NCBI GenBank assembly: GCA_963663865.1
Contig: OY760686.1
Span: 864,001-928,000 of the forward strand
Direction: 5' to 3'
Source of the DNA: Spirochaetota bacterium
GTDB taxonomy: Bacteria; Spirochaetota; UBA4802; UBA5550
Length of the DNA stretch: 64,000 nt
The translations under genes and the position numbers were made by a program. This document shows, piece after piece, positions 10,375 to 21,520 of the stretch. The notes under the pieces are model-generated. The model ran no database searches. It was not told where the DNA came from and saw nothing but the letters and a program-made list of their open reading frames with translations. The first letter of the stretch is position 1. Each line of letters begins with the position of its first letter.

Positions 10375-11171
10375 AATACACATTAAAACTTCAATATAGC
10401 GGTACAAATTATGAAGGATGGCAGATTCAAAAAACAGGAAGAACTGTTCAAGCTGAAATTGAAAAAGCACTTCGAATATATCTGAAGAGAGATATTAGAA
10501 TTGCTTCTTCAGGAAGGACAGATACCGGCGTTCATGCTCTCGAGCAGTATGCATCGTTTGAATTTTGTGAAGAATTGAATCTTCAAAGACTTTGTATTGC
10601 ACTTAATGGAATATTAGATCGGGATGTTTCTGTAAAAAATGCTCATCAAATGAAAGATGACTTTCATGCGAGGTACAGCGCTGTAGCAAGAGAGTATAAG
10701 TACAAAATATATAATTCCCAGTTAAGATCTCCATTTATGAATTACTCTTCTATGTGGGTAAATAATAAATTAGATGTTTCGAGAATGAATGAATTGCTTT
10801 CAGCGTTAAAAGGAGAACATGATTTTGCTTCTTTCTGTAAAAAAAAATCAGCAAATGAAAACACGAATAGAACAATTTATGAAATAAAAGCAACCAAAAA
10901 AGATGAATGGATTCATATAAATATTATTGGCAATGCTTTTTTGCATAATATGATAAGGATAATGATTGGAACTGTAGTTGAAATTGTTACAAAAGATGGT
11001 TCGAAAAATGAAATTGAATTAATTTTAGAAAAAAAAGATCGGGAATATGCTGGAAAAACAGCACCGCCATATGGGCTATATCTTGCTTCAGTTTTCTATG
11101 GAGAGGATGTTGAAGTTATTAAGAGCGCATTCGGTGATGATATTAAACGGCTTAATTACCGGAGATATTAA
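10371..11171 (+). CDS. truA: tRNA pseudouridine(38-40) synthase TruA
   Basis: GWQIQ, SGRTDTGVHA with catalytic Asp, FHARYSA, AFLHNMIRIMIG, TAPPYGLYL; TTG start overlapping upstream TGA (track start 10347). Confidence 0.97.
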   Translation: MKYTLKLQYSGTNYEGWQIQKTGRTVQAEIEKALRIYLKRDIRIASSGRTDTGVHALEQYASFEFCEELNLQRLCIALNGILDRDVSVKNAHQMKDDFHARYSAVAREYKYKIYNSQLRSPFMNYSSMWVNNKLDVSRMNELLSALKGEHDFASFCKKKSANENTNRTIYEIKATKKDEWIHINIIGNAFLHNMIRIMIGTVVEIVTKDGSKNEIELILEKKDREYAGKTAPPYGLYLASVFYGEDVEVIKSAFGDDIKRLNYRRY

Positions 11172-11312
11172 TTATTGTTTGACTAAAGGGTCGTAAAAAA
11201 AAGATATAATAACTTACCCTTCAATTTGCAGACTTAGAGAGGGTTTTGTTTTATGTTAGATGCTCAAGATTGAGCTTTAGGCGTAATTCAGTATTGTTGA
11301 TGGTGGTCAAGT

Positions 11313-11885
11313 ATGAGAAAGTGCACGCTTTATGTGTTTGTTATTCTTTTTTTTATTCTCTTTGCTGTGTCTGATTTGTTTGCTTATTCAGCGCGCAAGG
11401 ATAATTTTTTCAAGCCTCAGGTGGGTCTATGGTTTGGTCCCATAAGCCCGGTATTTGAAACTGCTGATCTGGTGGATAATAATCTTGGTATTGGCATGTT
11501 TTTTAGACATAACACGCCGTTTCAGCCTCTCAAAGTGGGTTATGAAACTTCATATCAATACTTCTCTTCAAGGGGGGTGAACCGACTTTATTTTGTACCA
11601 ACATATATGAACCTATTGTACCTTCTTCCTTTCAACCTGCCTGTAAAGCTTCAAATCAAAGCTGGAGCTGGTGCAGCGTGGATGAAGATAAAACCTGACA
11701 ATGTCAGCAGATGGAATCCCATCTTAAATACTGGTGCTGAAATGTCCTTCCCCGCAGGTCGTTTTGTTAATATTGGATTAAGGTTAGATTATTACTATAT
11801 ATATGAAAAATATATAGATAATGCAGCGATAAACGGTCATATAGTTAATGCTGGGCTCCAGTTGTATTTCAATATCAGCATATAA
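11313..11885 (+). CDS. putative small outer-membrane beta-barrel protein
   Basis: Signal peptide ending LFA; alternating amphipathic strands, GAGA motif, C-terminal AGLQLYFNISI beta-signal-like end. Confidence 0.65.
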   Translation: MRKCTLYVFVILFFILFAVSDLFAYSARKDNFFKPQVGLWFGPISPVFETADLVDNNLGIGMFFRHNTPFQPLKVGYETSYQYFSSRGVNRLYFVPTYMNLLYLLPFNLPVKLQIKAGAGAAWMKIKPDNVSRWNPILNTGAEMSFPAGRFVNIGLRLDYYYIYEKYIDNAAINGHIVNAGLQLYFNISI

Positions 11886-11900
11886 AATAATGAGGATTAA

Positions 11901-13343
11901 ATGTCAGTAAAACATTCATTTTCAACGATAATGTCTTTTGTTGTAGTTGTTTTTGCTTTGATTCAAGTATCCTGTTGGGACGAGGCTCTTCTCTCTGAGT
12001 TGGATACAAATCAACTTGAAATAAGATTCAAAGGAACTTATTCTTCTGATGGATCTGAGGTCTGGGATATCCCTGATAATTCTATTTTTCGAGATGATTC
12101 AATAGACGATTATTCATATAATTCGGATTACTTGTATCCTGATTATTATAAAATTGATATTGCTTCAATGCGTCTTTCAGATGATAAGTCAGGCGGCAGT
12201 AAATTTAGTAATTTCAGACAGGCTTATAGCATTCCATTAAACACAGATAACAGCAAGCAGGATGATTTTTTTAATGGGACAGGATTAGTGCTTCAAAACG
12301 ATGATGTTGAGCCTGGAAAAGAATATTCAAGGTTGAGATTGTATATCAGAAAGATGCTTTTTGATTCAGCGGTAAGATATTATTGCTCTGATGATACAGA
12401 TGCGCTATATGGAACAGGCGAAGAAGAGGAAGTTGTTTTTCACGAAGAAAATGTCACTGGTTTCGATTTTAATCAGCTAATGGTAAATACAAAATATGAT
12501 TCAATGAGAGAGAATTACCTTGATATTAACAGGGTTTTTCCGGTTGATGTTCCGATTGATGGAAAGCTTGTTTACAGTAATAAGATTGAGCGAACAGTTC
12601 TTGAACTTAGATTTGTGGTAAAAAACAATATTAAATTATACGAGTATAATGGATCAGACAGCGATAGCATGCCCTACGTAACACATTATTTTGCATTTTC
12701 AGATTCTGTTCGAGACGTCAGATCAGGTGAAACGGATATGGGGGGTAATCTTGTTGCTATAGCTCGATCATACGTGCCAGGTAAGACTGGAAATATCGTT
12801 TCAAATTCAATAACATCTGGTGGTGCCGGTTATGTTGTGGCTGTAGTGGCTGGCTCTGATATCTCCACATATTTGATTCAGAATAATTTGAGATCAACCT
12901 GTATTGTTAACGCTGATATCCCGCAAGAACCTGTAAGGTATAGTAATACAATAAGCTCCATATTGGATTATGCGATGAAATATGAGAACTATAAATTCTT
13001 ATGGAATAGTTTTATTGGCAGCTGTTTATACGAAGACCTTGACGGAAACGGTCAAGTCGATAATGACGACGGAATGATTGCATTTGCAAACGAATGGAAT
13101 GCTTATGATGGAGAAGAATCGGATACTCAGGCGGCCGGGTTTGCGAAAGAATTCCGAATTCCTCCAGTAGCAACTTATCTGAGTTCTGACTCCAATTTTA
13201 TTCTGAAAGATATGTCACCAGGAGTTTATGATATTTACAGACTATACTGGACAAATCACAATCAATATGGGAATTTTCCAGACACAGCTGATTTGATAAT
13301 GCTCAACGTTGAGGTTAAAGAGGGTGAGGATACTGTTTTGTAA
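11901..13343 (+). CDS. acidic surface lipoprotein, resembles Leptospira LIC11270-family
   Basis: Lipobox-like IQVS-C; motifs KGTYSSD, IDIASMRLS, FFNGTG, DMGGNL, GNFPDT recalled from a Leptospira family (unverified); DLDGNGQVD Ca-loop. Confidence 0.6.
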   Translation: MSVKHSFSTIMSFVVVVFALIQVSCWDEALLSELDTNQLEIRFKGTYSSDGSEVWDIPDNSIFRDDSIDDYSYNSDYLYPDYYKIDIASMRLSDDKSGGSKFSNFRQAYSIPLNTDNSKQDDFFNGTGLVLQNDDVEPGKEYSRLRLYIRKMLFDSAVRYYCSDDTDALYGTGEEEEVVFHEENVTGFDFNQLMVNTKYDSMRENYLDINRVFPVDVPIDGKLVYSNKIERTVLELRFVVKNNIKLYEYNGSDSDSMPYVTHYFAFSDSVRDVRSGETDMGGNLVAIARSYVPGKTGNIVSNSITSGGAGYVVAVVAGSDISTYLIQNNLRSTCIVNADIPQEPVRYSNTISSILDYAMKYENYKFLWNSFIGSCLYEDLDGNGQVDNDDGMIAFANEWNAYDGEESDTQAAGFAKEFRIPPVATYLSSDSNFILKDMSPGVYDIYRLYWTNHNQYGNFPDTADLIMLNVEVKEGEDTVL

Positions 13344-13370
13344 ACAGAAAGAATCTTGATGGATAAGGTT

Positions 13371-14474
13371 ATGAAAAGATTAAATCTTGGGATTATTTAC
13401 GGCGGAAAATCTGGAGAACATGAGGTTTCACTGAGGTCTGCAGCATCGGTTATCAGGAACATTGATAAAGATAGGTACAACATCGTTGGCATTGGAATAG
13501 CAAAGAACGGCGATTGGTTTGTTCAGGAGAATATCGAATTTGAAGATAATGCTTCAGGTGAAAGCTTAAAAATAGTAAAAAATGATAATTGGTTTCCTTA
13601 TATTTCCGGTGAGTGTGGAAATTTAACAATTAGAAGTAATAATCTTAATAAAACAGTTATAATAGATGTTGTTTTCCCGGCTGTTCACGGTACCTTCTGT
13701 GAAGATGGGACTCTTCAAGCTATTTTGGAACTATCAGGTGTTCCATATGTTGGTGCAGATGTATATGGTTCATCTATTGGGATGGATAAAGACTTCTCCA
13801 AGATAATAGCAAGAGATTTCGGAATAAAAGTTGTTCCATGGGAAACAGTGAAAAAATCCAATTGGGAAACTGAAGATAGGAAAATTATAGTAACAGGTAT
13901 AATTGGAAAACTGGGTTTACCTTTGTTTATCAAGCCAAATAGATCGGGATCATCTGTAGGTGTTTCCAAGGCTAAGGATTTAAGTGAATTAATCGAAGGA
14001 TTAAACACGGCTTTTCAATATGATACAACAGTGCTTGTTGAAGAGTCAATTGATGCCCGTGAATTGGAATGTGCGGTACTTGGCGGTGATGAGCCTGATG
14101 TTTCTGTTCCTGGAGAAATAAATCCCAATCATGAATTCTATTCGTATGAAGCAAAGTATGAGGATACAGAAGGAGCTGAATTGGTTATTCCAGCAAGATT
14201 AACTGATAAAAAAGCTGATGAGTGCATGAAAATGGCATCTTTAGTGTTCAAAAAGCTAAAGTGTTATGGTATGGCAAGGGTGGACTTTTTTCTTGATAAA
14301 AAGTCAGACGAGTTGTATTTCAACGAAATCAATACGCTACCTGGTTTTACAAGCATAAGTATGTTTCCTAAGCTATGGGAGTATATGGGTGTTCCTTATA
14401 ACAAGATTATTGATAGATTAATAGAATTAGCTATAGAAAGATCAGAAGTTAAAGCAAAACTAAGAACTGAATAA
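13371..14474 (+). CDS. ddl: D-alanine--D-alanine ligase
   Basis: GGKSGEHEVSL, HGTFCEDG, GSSVG, FYSYEAKY, NEINTLPGFT; start uncertain (13356/13359/13371). Confidence 0.97.
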   Translation: MKRLNLGIIYGGKSGEHEVSLRSAASVIRNIDKDRYNIVGIGIAKNGDWFVQENIEFEDNASGESLKIVKNDNWFPYISGECGNLTIRSNNLNKTVIIDVVFPAVHGTFCEDGTLQAILELSGVPYVGADVYGSSIGMDKDFSKIIARDFGIKVVPWETVKKSNWETEDRKIIVTGIIGKLGLPLFIKPNRSGSSVGVSKAKDLSELIEGLNTAFQYDTTVLVEESIDARELECAVLGGDEPDVSVPGEINPNHEFYSYEAKYEDTEGAELVIPARLTDKKADECMKMASLVFKKLKCYGMARVDFFLDKKSDELYFNEINTLPGFTSISMFPKLWEYMGVPYNKIIDRLIELAIERSEVKAKLRTE

Positions 14475-14607
14475 AAGTCGACAACCTTGAAAATGTTTCA
14501 TATAAAGCTTGCAGTATAAAGCAGTTACCTGCTTTTGTATAAAAAGCAGCTAATAATTATAGATATACTATGAATGCAAGATAGTTTGTAAATTTGATGA
14601 GGAAGAG

Positions 14608-15351
14608 ATGGCACAGAAACGATCATTAATACCAAATACTTTTACAATGTCAAATATGGTCTTTGGGTTTATTGCAATTATTTTTGCAAGTAAGGGTGAC
14701 CCTCGGTCAATTGCTGTCGCAGGAATTTTAGTATTTGTTGCATCATTCTTTGATTTCTTTGATGGGGCGACAGCCAGAGCTCTTGGTGTTTCGAGTCCAA
14801 TTGGCGTTCAGCTTGATTCATTAGCGGACGAAATAGCGTATGGCATAGCACCTGGCTTTATTGCCTATCAGGCGTTTCTTAGCAAATTGCCAGAAATTGG
14901 TCTTGGATTGAATTGGGGGATGGTAATAGCGCCAATTTTTCCGATTTGTACTACATATCGGCTTGCAAAATTTAACATAGAAGGAACTGAGAGAACCGGT
15001 TTTGCTGGATTGCCCTCGCCGGCAGCGGGTATTTTTATTTCATGTATACCAGCTCTTCCATTTTCTACCATTCCGTTTATTGGGAAAGTCAATTTTGTAC
15101 CGATGATTGGACTTTTTGTCCCGGTTTATGCAGTTGTTGCTCTTTTAATGGTGTCAGATATCGATTACTCTAAAATATTCGCTGATATTATTAAAAAAGG
15201 TAAAACGGCAATAATGATTACACTTGTATCAATTTTGTTGCTGCTGTTCTACTTTAACATGTGGTCGGTCTTTGTTTTAACTGGATTATATATTTTTGCC
15301 GGGTTGGTTTGCTATATTTTTAGATTTATTAGAAAAAAGGCTAAAAATTAA
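14608..15351 (+). CDS. pssA: CDP-diacylglycerol--serine O-phosphatidyltransferase
   Basis: PNTFT..N, DFFDGATARAL...GVQLDSLAD CDP-alcohol motif, RLAKFN, FAGLPSPAA, LMVS. Confidence 0.9.
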   Translation: MAQKRSLIPNTFTMSNMVFGFIAIIFASKGDPRSIAVAGILVFVASFFDFFDGATARALGVSSPIGVQLDSLADEIAYGIAPGFIAYQAFLSKLPEIGLGLNWGMVIAPIFPICTTYRLAKFNIEGTERTGFAGLPSPAAGIFISCIPALPFSTIPFIGKVNFVPMIGLFVPVYAVVALLMVSDIDYSKIFADIIKKGKTAIMITLVSILLLLFYFNMWSVFVLTGLYIFAGLVCYIFRFIRKKAKN

Positions 15352-15454
15352 GAATAACATATATATTAAGCTGTAAACGAAGATATTTGATTGTAAATCT
15401 GAATAATCATCGTAAATGGTCGTTGAAGTATTAGAGTTTTCTTGTAATATTTTA

Positions 15455-15488
15455 ATTGTTAGCACTCTCTTTGATGAGTGCTAACAAT
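15455..15488 (+). promoter_or_regulatory. CIRCE element (HrcA operator)
   Basis: TTAGCACTC-tctttgat-GAGTGCTAA at 15459-15484, arms extended to 13 bp (attg/caat), about 60 nt upstream of groES. Confidence 0.92.
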
Positions 15489-15545
15489 CCTCTGTCCAAA
15501 GGACAAAATATTAAATATAATAAAAATATGTTCAGGAGGTCCTAA

Positions 15546-15830
15546 GTGGCTATTAAACCTATCGGAGACAAGATTCTCATTGAGACAATTAAGGAAGAAG
15601 TTGGAAAGGTAGGATCAATTTATGTCCCTGATACTGCGAAAGAAAGACCACAGCAAGGAAAAGTGATCGCAGTTGGAGATGGAAAAAAAGAGGGCGACAA
15701 GGTTGTTCCAATGTCTGTTAAAGAAGGAGATGTTATCATTTTTGGAAAGTACTCGGGTGTTGAAATTAAACATGATGACAGGGAGTATTTGATTCTGTCT
15801 GAAAGTGATGTACTTGCAATTGTGAAATAA
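15546..15830 (+). CDS. groES: co-chaperonin GroES
   Basis: IKPIGDKILI, PDTAKERPQQG.VIAVG, SESDVLAI; AGGAGG SD, GTG start. Confidence 0.98.
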   Translation: MAIKPIGDKILIETIKEEVGKVGSIYVPDTAKERPQQGKVIAVGDGKKEGDKVVPMSVKEGDVIIFGKYSGVEIKHDDREYLILSESDVLAIVK

Positions 15831-15856
15831 TTAAACGTTAAAAAAGGAGAGAATAA

Positions 15857-17500
<1,644 letters not shown>

Positions 17501-17529
17501 TCTTTTATCACGAAATAGCGGTAATAATT

Positions 17530-17565
17530 AAGAGAGGCTGGACTTATAAGACAGCCTCTCTTTTT
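17530..17565 (+). terminator. intrinsic terminator of groESL
   Basis: aagagaggctg-N11-cagcctctctt followed by T-run. Confidence 0.85.
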
Positions 17566-17686
17566 GTATTTTATACCTTCCTTTAAATTTAAATAAATCA
17601 CACCTTCATGTAAATTGTAATGCAGAAAATATAAATATTCTGCCGAAAATTACTATAAGTCCCAAATTATATAAAAACAAAAAAAT

Positions 17687-18571
17687 ATGACTAAAATAAT
17701 AATCCCAAATCGGATGAGAGATCCATATCAATTTGAAGATGTATTAAAAGAAATTGAAGATGCACATCATCCAGTTAATAATGTTGACTGCTCCCGTATA
17801 AGTTTTATTGAACCATATTCGATGCTCTGTCTGTTACTGATAGGCAGAAACTATATCAGAAATTATGGCAGAAAACTGAAACTTGTTAACATACCGGTAA
17901 ACATTCATCAATACCTCGCACGAATGGATTTTATAAAAACTGGAATTTTTGATATTGATACGCCCTTAAATGAGAAGATGTTTCTGAAAAGAAATAGTAT
18001 GAGCTCCCGAATTATTGAGATACTTGAGATTCCAAATAAAGAACGTGAGAGTGTGAGGTCAATTGCAAAGGTTATAGATCTATTCAGAAAGAGAGCTTCT
18101 TATATTTTAAAATTCTGGATATCTGAAGGAATTACAGATTACTTTGTGACTGTTATTTCTGAATTATGCCAGAATATTTTTGAACATAGTCTTGATTCAG
18201 GCTATATTTCCATGCAAACATACGTCACAGGAAAGAATAGAATCTTCAGGCTTGCAATAGCAGATTCGGGTGTTGGGATAGAGGGCAGCTTTAGAAATAA
18301 TTTAGCACATTTTAGAGGACAAAGCTCTGAGCTAATTAAAGCTGTATTCACAACACCTATTTCAAGCAAAAGAGAGTTTGGATTTGGTTTATGCCAGGTG
18401 AATGCTGTTATAGAGAAATTTAATGGTTCATTATATATCAGATCAAATAACGCGTCAGCAACTGCAGTATATGATAACAAAACAGTTCAAAACAGGAAGG
18501 GATGTATATTTCTTAAAAACGATTTGAATGAATTCAATGGCACACAAATTTCTGTGACATTATCCGCATAA
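17687..18571 (+). CDS. STAS-like domain fused to RsbW/SpoIIAB-type GHKL (HATPase_c) ATP-binding domain
   Basis: N-terminal VDCSRISFIEPYS...YLARMDF (STAS-like); C-terminal N-box SELCQNIFEHS, G1 IADSGVGI, G2 GFGL, G3 GTQI; no His-box. Confidence 0.8.
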   Translation: MTKIIIPNRMRDPYQFEDVLKEIEDAHHPVNNVDCSRISFIEPYSMLCLLLIGRNYIRNYGRKLKLVNIPVNIHQYLARMDFIKTGIFDIDTPLNEKMFLKRNSMSSRIIEILEIPNKERESVRSIAKVIDLFRKRASYILKFWISEGITDYFVTVISELCQNIFEHSLDSGYISMQTYVTGKNRIFRLAIADSGVGIEGSFRNNLAHFRGQSSELIKAVFTTPISSKREFGFGLCQVNAVIEKFNGSLYIRSNNASATAVYDNKTVQNRKGCIFLKNDLNEFNGTQISVTLSA

Positions 18572-18583
18572 AAAGGATCTGAG

Positions 18584-19135
18584 ATGATAATAAACATTGC
18601 AAAAATTTCCAGACAAGTATCTGTAAAGGGGCCTGATTTAATAACAAGACCGGTAGGCAGAAGTGTATACGAAAAAATAACAGAAAAAATAATGTCAGTC
18701 GGAAATTCAGAGACTGTTATTTTAGATTTTGAAGGTTTTAAAGTTCTTGATTCATCATTTATTGATGAAGCTATAGTTAAATTACAGTTAGATGCTATCA
18801 ATGGTAGTAAAAATATTTACATTAAAATTTCAAATATTTCTAAAATGGCTGAATTGAATATTGAATCAGTTATCAACTCTTATGAATCATTTAAACAAAA
18901 AAAAATAGTTGTATTAACAGAAGATATTTGTTCAAATAATAAGTTTTATATAGGAAATCTAACTGTCGAGGAAGAAAATATAATTAATCTTCTGAGGATA
19001 AATAAAATATGTTCTGTTAATGACTTTGAAAGTGTAACTCAACTTTATGGAGATGAATTAGCTGAGTTGATAAAAGGTATTATATTTCTAAGATTGATTA
19101 AACAGGTAGAAAAGAATAAATATTCGTCGGTTTAA
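18584..19135 (+). CDS. STAS-like (DUF4325-type) protein with probable C-terminal winged helix
   Basis: LITRPVG..VY, VILDFEGFKVLDSSFIDE; C-terminal IINLLR...SVNDF...LIKGIIFLRLIK...Y pattern typical of wHTH. Confidence 0.7.
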   Translation: MIINIAKISRQVSVKGPDLITRPVGRSVYEKITEKIMSVGNSETVILDFEGFKVLDSSFIDEAIVKLQLDAINGSKNIYIKISNISKMAELNIESVINSYESFKQKKIVVLTEDICSNNKFYIGNLTVEEENIINLLRINKICSVNDFESVTQLYGDELAELIKGIIFLRLIKQVEKNKYSSV

Positions 19136-19157
19136 TTTGTGTTGTAATTCGGTGAAA

Positions 19158-19613
19158 ATGAAGAAAAATAATAATATAAAAGATGATACGCTTTATGGTC
19201 TTTTAACATCTTACAAAGGTTTAATAACTTATTTGAGAGTTTTTGAGGATGAAGAGGCTAAAATCATTGTTGTCCAATTAACGGATAATCCAAAGCATTG
19301 GAAGAATATACCGGAAGAGATGTATGCCGGTTTCAGGGAGCTTAGTCGATTAGATATAGGGGTGTCAAAACTATCAATCAAATATCTAAAACCCTTACAT
19401 ATCGCAGGCATACTGTTATCTGCAATTAATTTACCAGCAAAAGCGGAAAAGGTGAAAAAAATCGATATGCTTAACGAAGGTAACTATTTAATCTTCGAAA
19501 TACCTATAAAATATAAGAAAAAGATTATTCACGGAGTAACTAAAGTTTCTAATCTAAGTCCACAAAAAAAGTATGAGATAATAGAAAAAAGTCTCAGTGT
19601 TAATCAGGGTTAA
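19158..19613 (+). CDS. hypothetical protein
   Basis: Open frame tightly packed in operon, GGTG SD before ATG 19158; no recognised motif. Confidence 0.6.
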   Translation: MKKNNNIKDDTLYGLLTSYKGLITYLRVFEDEEAKIIVVQLTDNPKHWKNIPEEMYAGFRELSRLDIGVSKLSIKYLKPLHIAGILLSAINLPAKAEKVKKIDMLNEGNYLIFEIPIKYKKKIIHGVTKVSNLSPQKKYEIIEKSLSVNQG

Positions 19614-19617
19614 ATTA

Positions 19618-20658
19618 ATGTCCGAACAATTCGATTCACTAAATGAAAAGACTCGCCTCATAGAGGCAGCAATGAAGTTTGTAGGAAATGATATTGAGAA
19701 AGCAAAATCGATGGCGTCCGGACAATATTTGGATAACATAATAGTAAAGATTAAATTCTTTATACAGAGTAATTCAAAATCGGGTCTTGTAATGGCTTTT
19801 TTTAATATCATAGATGAATACATATCAAATGTTGATGGTGTTGTTGTTAATACTAATAAGCTGTATGATAAAGTCCGAATTTTTGATGATTGGAAAACCC
19901 TATACCGAGATATAAATTTATACAAACAGAGTGACGAGGTAGATAGTATTGATGGATTTATTGACTCATGTATTGATAAATATATAGAGTATGATGTTTT
20001 TCCGGAAGTTCAAGAAAGGTTACTGGATGATCTTACGAAAAAGATTCATCAGGGATTAAGTAAAATATTCAGTGAAGATAAAATCCAGTGTCAAATAGAG
20101 CTTGAGCCTACCAGTTCGCTTTCTATGGAGCTCGCAGGTGTCCCTGTTTCGCTTCCAGAACAGGAGCCGGGTTCTTATGAAAAGCAGCCCAATGATTCGT
20201 CAGTAAACGAATCAGAATTCGACAAAAGAATAAAAGAAATCGAAAAGGAAGCAAAATATATAGTAAATGGAACATCAATTGTTGCACCGGTAAAAGGAAA
20301 GTATATTAATGATATTGAACCTGGTGAAAAAATTATGGTACTTTTACCAAATAAGGATCAGGTTTCAAGGAAGATACTTTCAGTAATGGAAGCAGTTGAT
20401 TCCGAAGGGAACATCAAGCCTATTAAAGGACGACTTAAACATAAAATCCCTATGGAAAAAAGTGGTTATATAATCTATGCTCTGATCGCTAAAGGCGTAT
20501 ATGCTAAATTGGTAGAAGAAGAGAACGTAAAGGTTAGAATGGAAGACTCTGGTATTGAACAAAAAAATGCCGTGAAAGACAGTAAGTTGATTTACATTAT
20601 GCTTGCAGTGCTGGTTCTTTTTGTAATTGGCGGGCTGTTGTTATTTATTATGCTGTAA
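19618..20658 (+). CDS. hypothetical tail-anchored membrane protein
   Basis: N-terminal UBA/EF-Ts-like AMKFVGNDIEKAK, APVKGK..I..I.PGE motif (DUF4899-like, recalled), single C-terminal TM helix. Confidence 0.65.
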   Translation: MSEQFDSLNEKTRLIEAAMKFVGNDIEKAKSMASGQYLDNIIVKIKFFIQSNSKSGLVMAFFNIIDEYISNVDGVVVNTNKLYDKVRIFDDWKTLYRDINLYKQSDEVDSIDGFIDSCIDKYIEYDVFPEVQERLLDDLTKKIHQGLSKIFSEDKIQCQIELEPTSSLSMELAGVPVSLPEQEPGSYEKQPNDSSVNESEFDKRIKEIEKEAKYIVNGTSIVAPVKGKYINDIEPGEKIMVLLPNKDQVSRKILSVMEAVDSEGNIKPIKGRLKHKIPMEKSGYIIYALIAKGVYAKLVEEENVKVRMEDSGIEQKNAVKDSKLIYIMLAVLVLFVIGGLLLFIML

Positions 20659-20661
20659 ATA

Positions 20662-21519
20662 ATGAAACGAAAAGCATTCATAACTGTTTATTTCATGTTA
20701 GCATCCACTGTCTATGCACAGATGCCTGACTGGACTTTTTTTAAAGATTATGTTGGTAATAACTATTTTATTAACAAAGCTGGAAAAATTGTAATAACAG
20801 AAGCAGAAATCAAATATGACGAAGTCTCAATCCCTGGACTCGAATATTGTTTCGCTAAGGCAGAGATGTACTATAAATCTGGTTACATTGGAAATTCACT
20901 CCGAATACTGAAATCAATGTTACTATTACCGGAAAATGACGCTCGAGTCAAAGCATTTAGAGTTAAAGCTGAGATGTTTAGAAAAAAAATACATAATCTT
21001 AATGGCGACAGGTATTTACATTTTGATAGAGAATCTACACCCCTTATTATAAGAAAATCAGACAGCATCCTACTCGCGAACGATGTCATGGGATATCAAA
21101 TAAGATTAGCAGGACACGTTAAGATTCTAAAAAACAAATGGAGGCTGGGAACTGTTTTATACAATGGATTTTTAGCCGGGGTGAATATTGACAGCCAGGT
21201 CAGTAAAGGTTATGATTATTTACTTGCAATTGATTCACAAAGATTTTCTCATCCAAAAATCGATATTGATGATTTTGTCTCAGATGTGCAGAATCGTTTG
21301 TTGTATGATAAGTTGGCAAAAGAAGAGTTGTTGAGAACGGATAAACGAGTTGAATATTTAATAACACATGATGGGGAAAAAAACCTTGCAGGTATTGAGA
21401 CTGTTGTGGTAAAAAACAATTACGGCTATATTTTAAGAATCATCACGACCAAAGATAACTTCTTCAAAAAGTCCGCGACTATTAAGTCCATTAGTGAAAA
21501 CTTTATGAAAGACTTGTAA
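20662..21519 (+). CDS. exported hypothetical protein
   Basis: Signal peptide MKRKAF...VYA-Q; 285-aa ORF 3 nt after upstream stop. Confidence 0.65.
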   Translation: MKRKAFITVYFMLASTVYAQMPDWTFFKDYVGNNYFINKAGKIVITEAEIKYDEVSIPGLEYCFAKAEMYYKSGYIGNSLRILKSMLLLPENDARVKAFRVKAEMFRKKIHNLNGDRYLHFDRESTPLIIRKSDSILLANDVMGYQIRLAGHVKILKNKWRLGTVLYNGFLAGVNIDSQVSKGYDYLLAIDSQRFSHPKIDIDDFVSDVQNRLLYDKLAKEELLRTDKRVEYLITHDGEKNLAGIETVVVKNNYGYILRIITTKDNFFKKSATIKSISENFMKDL

Positions 21520-21520
21520 A

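Noticed and set aside
14501-14549. tataaagc(ag) repeats and small hairpin upstream of pssA
   Set aside because: Short, irregularly spaced and AT-rich; cannot be distinguished from chance or a weak terminator
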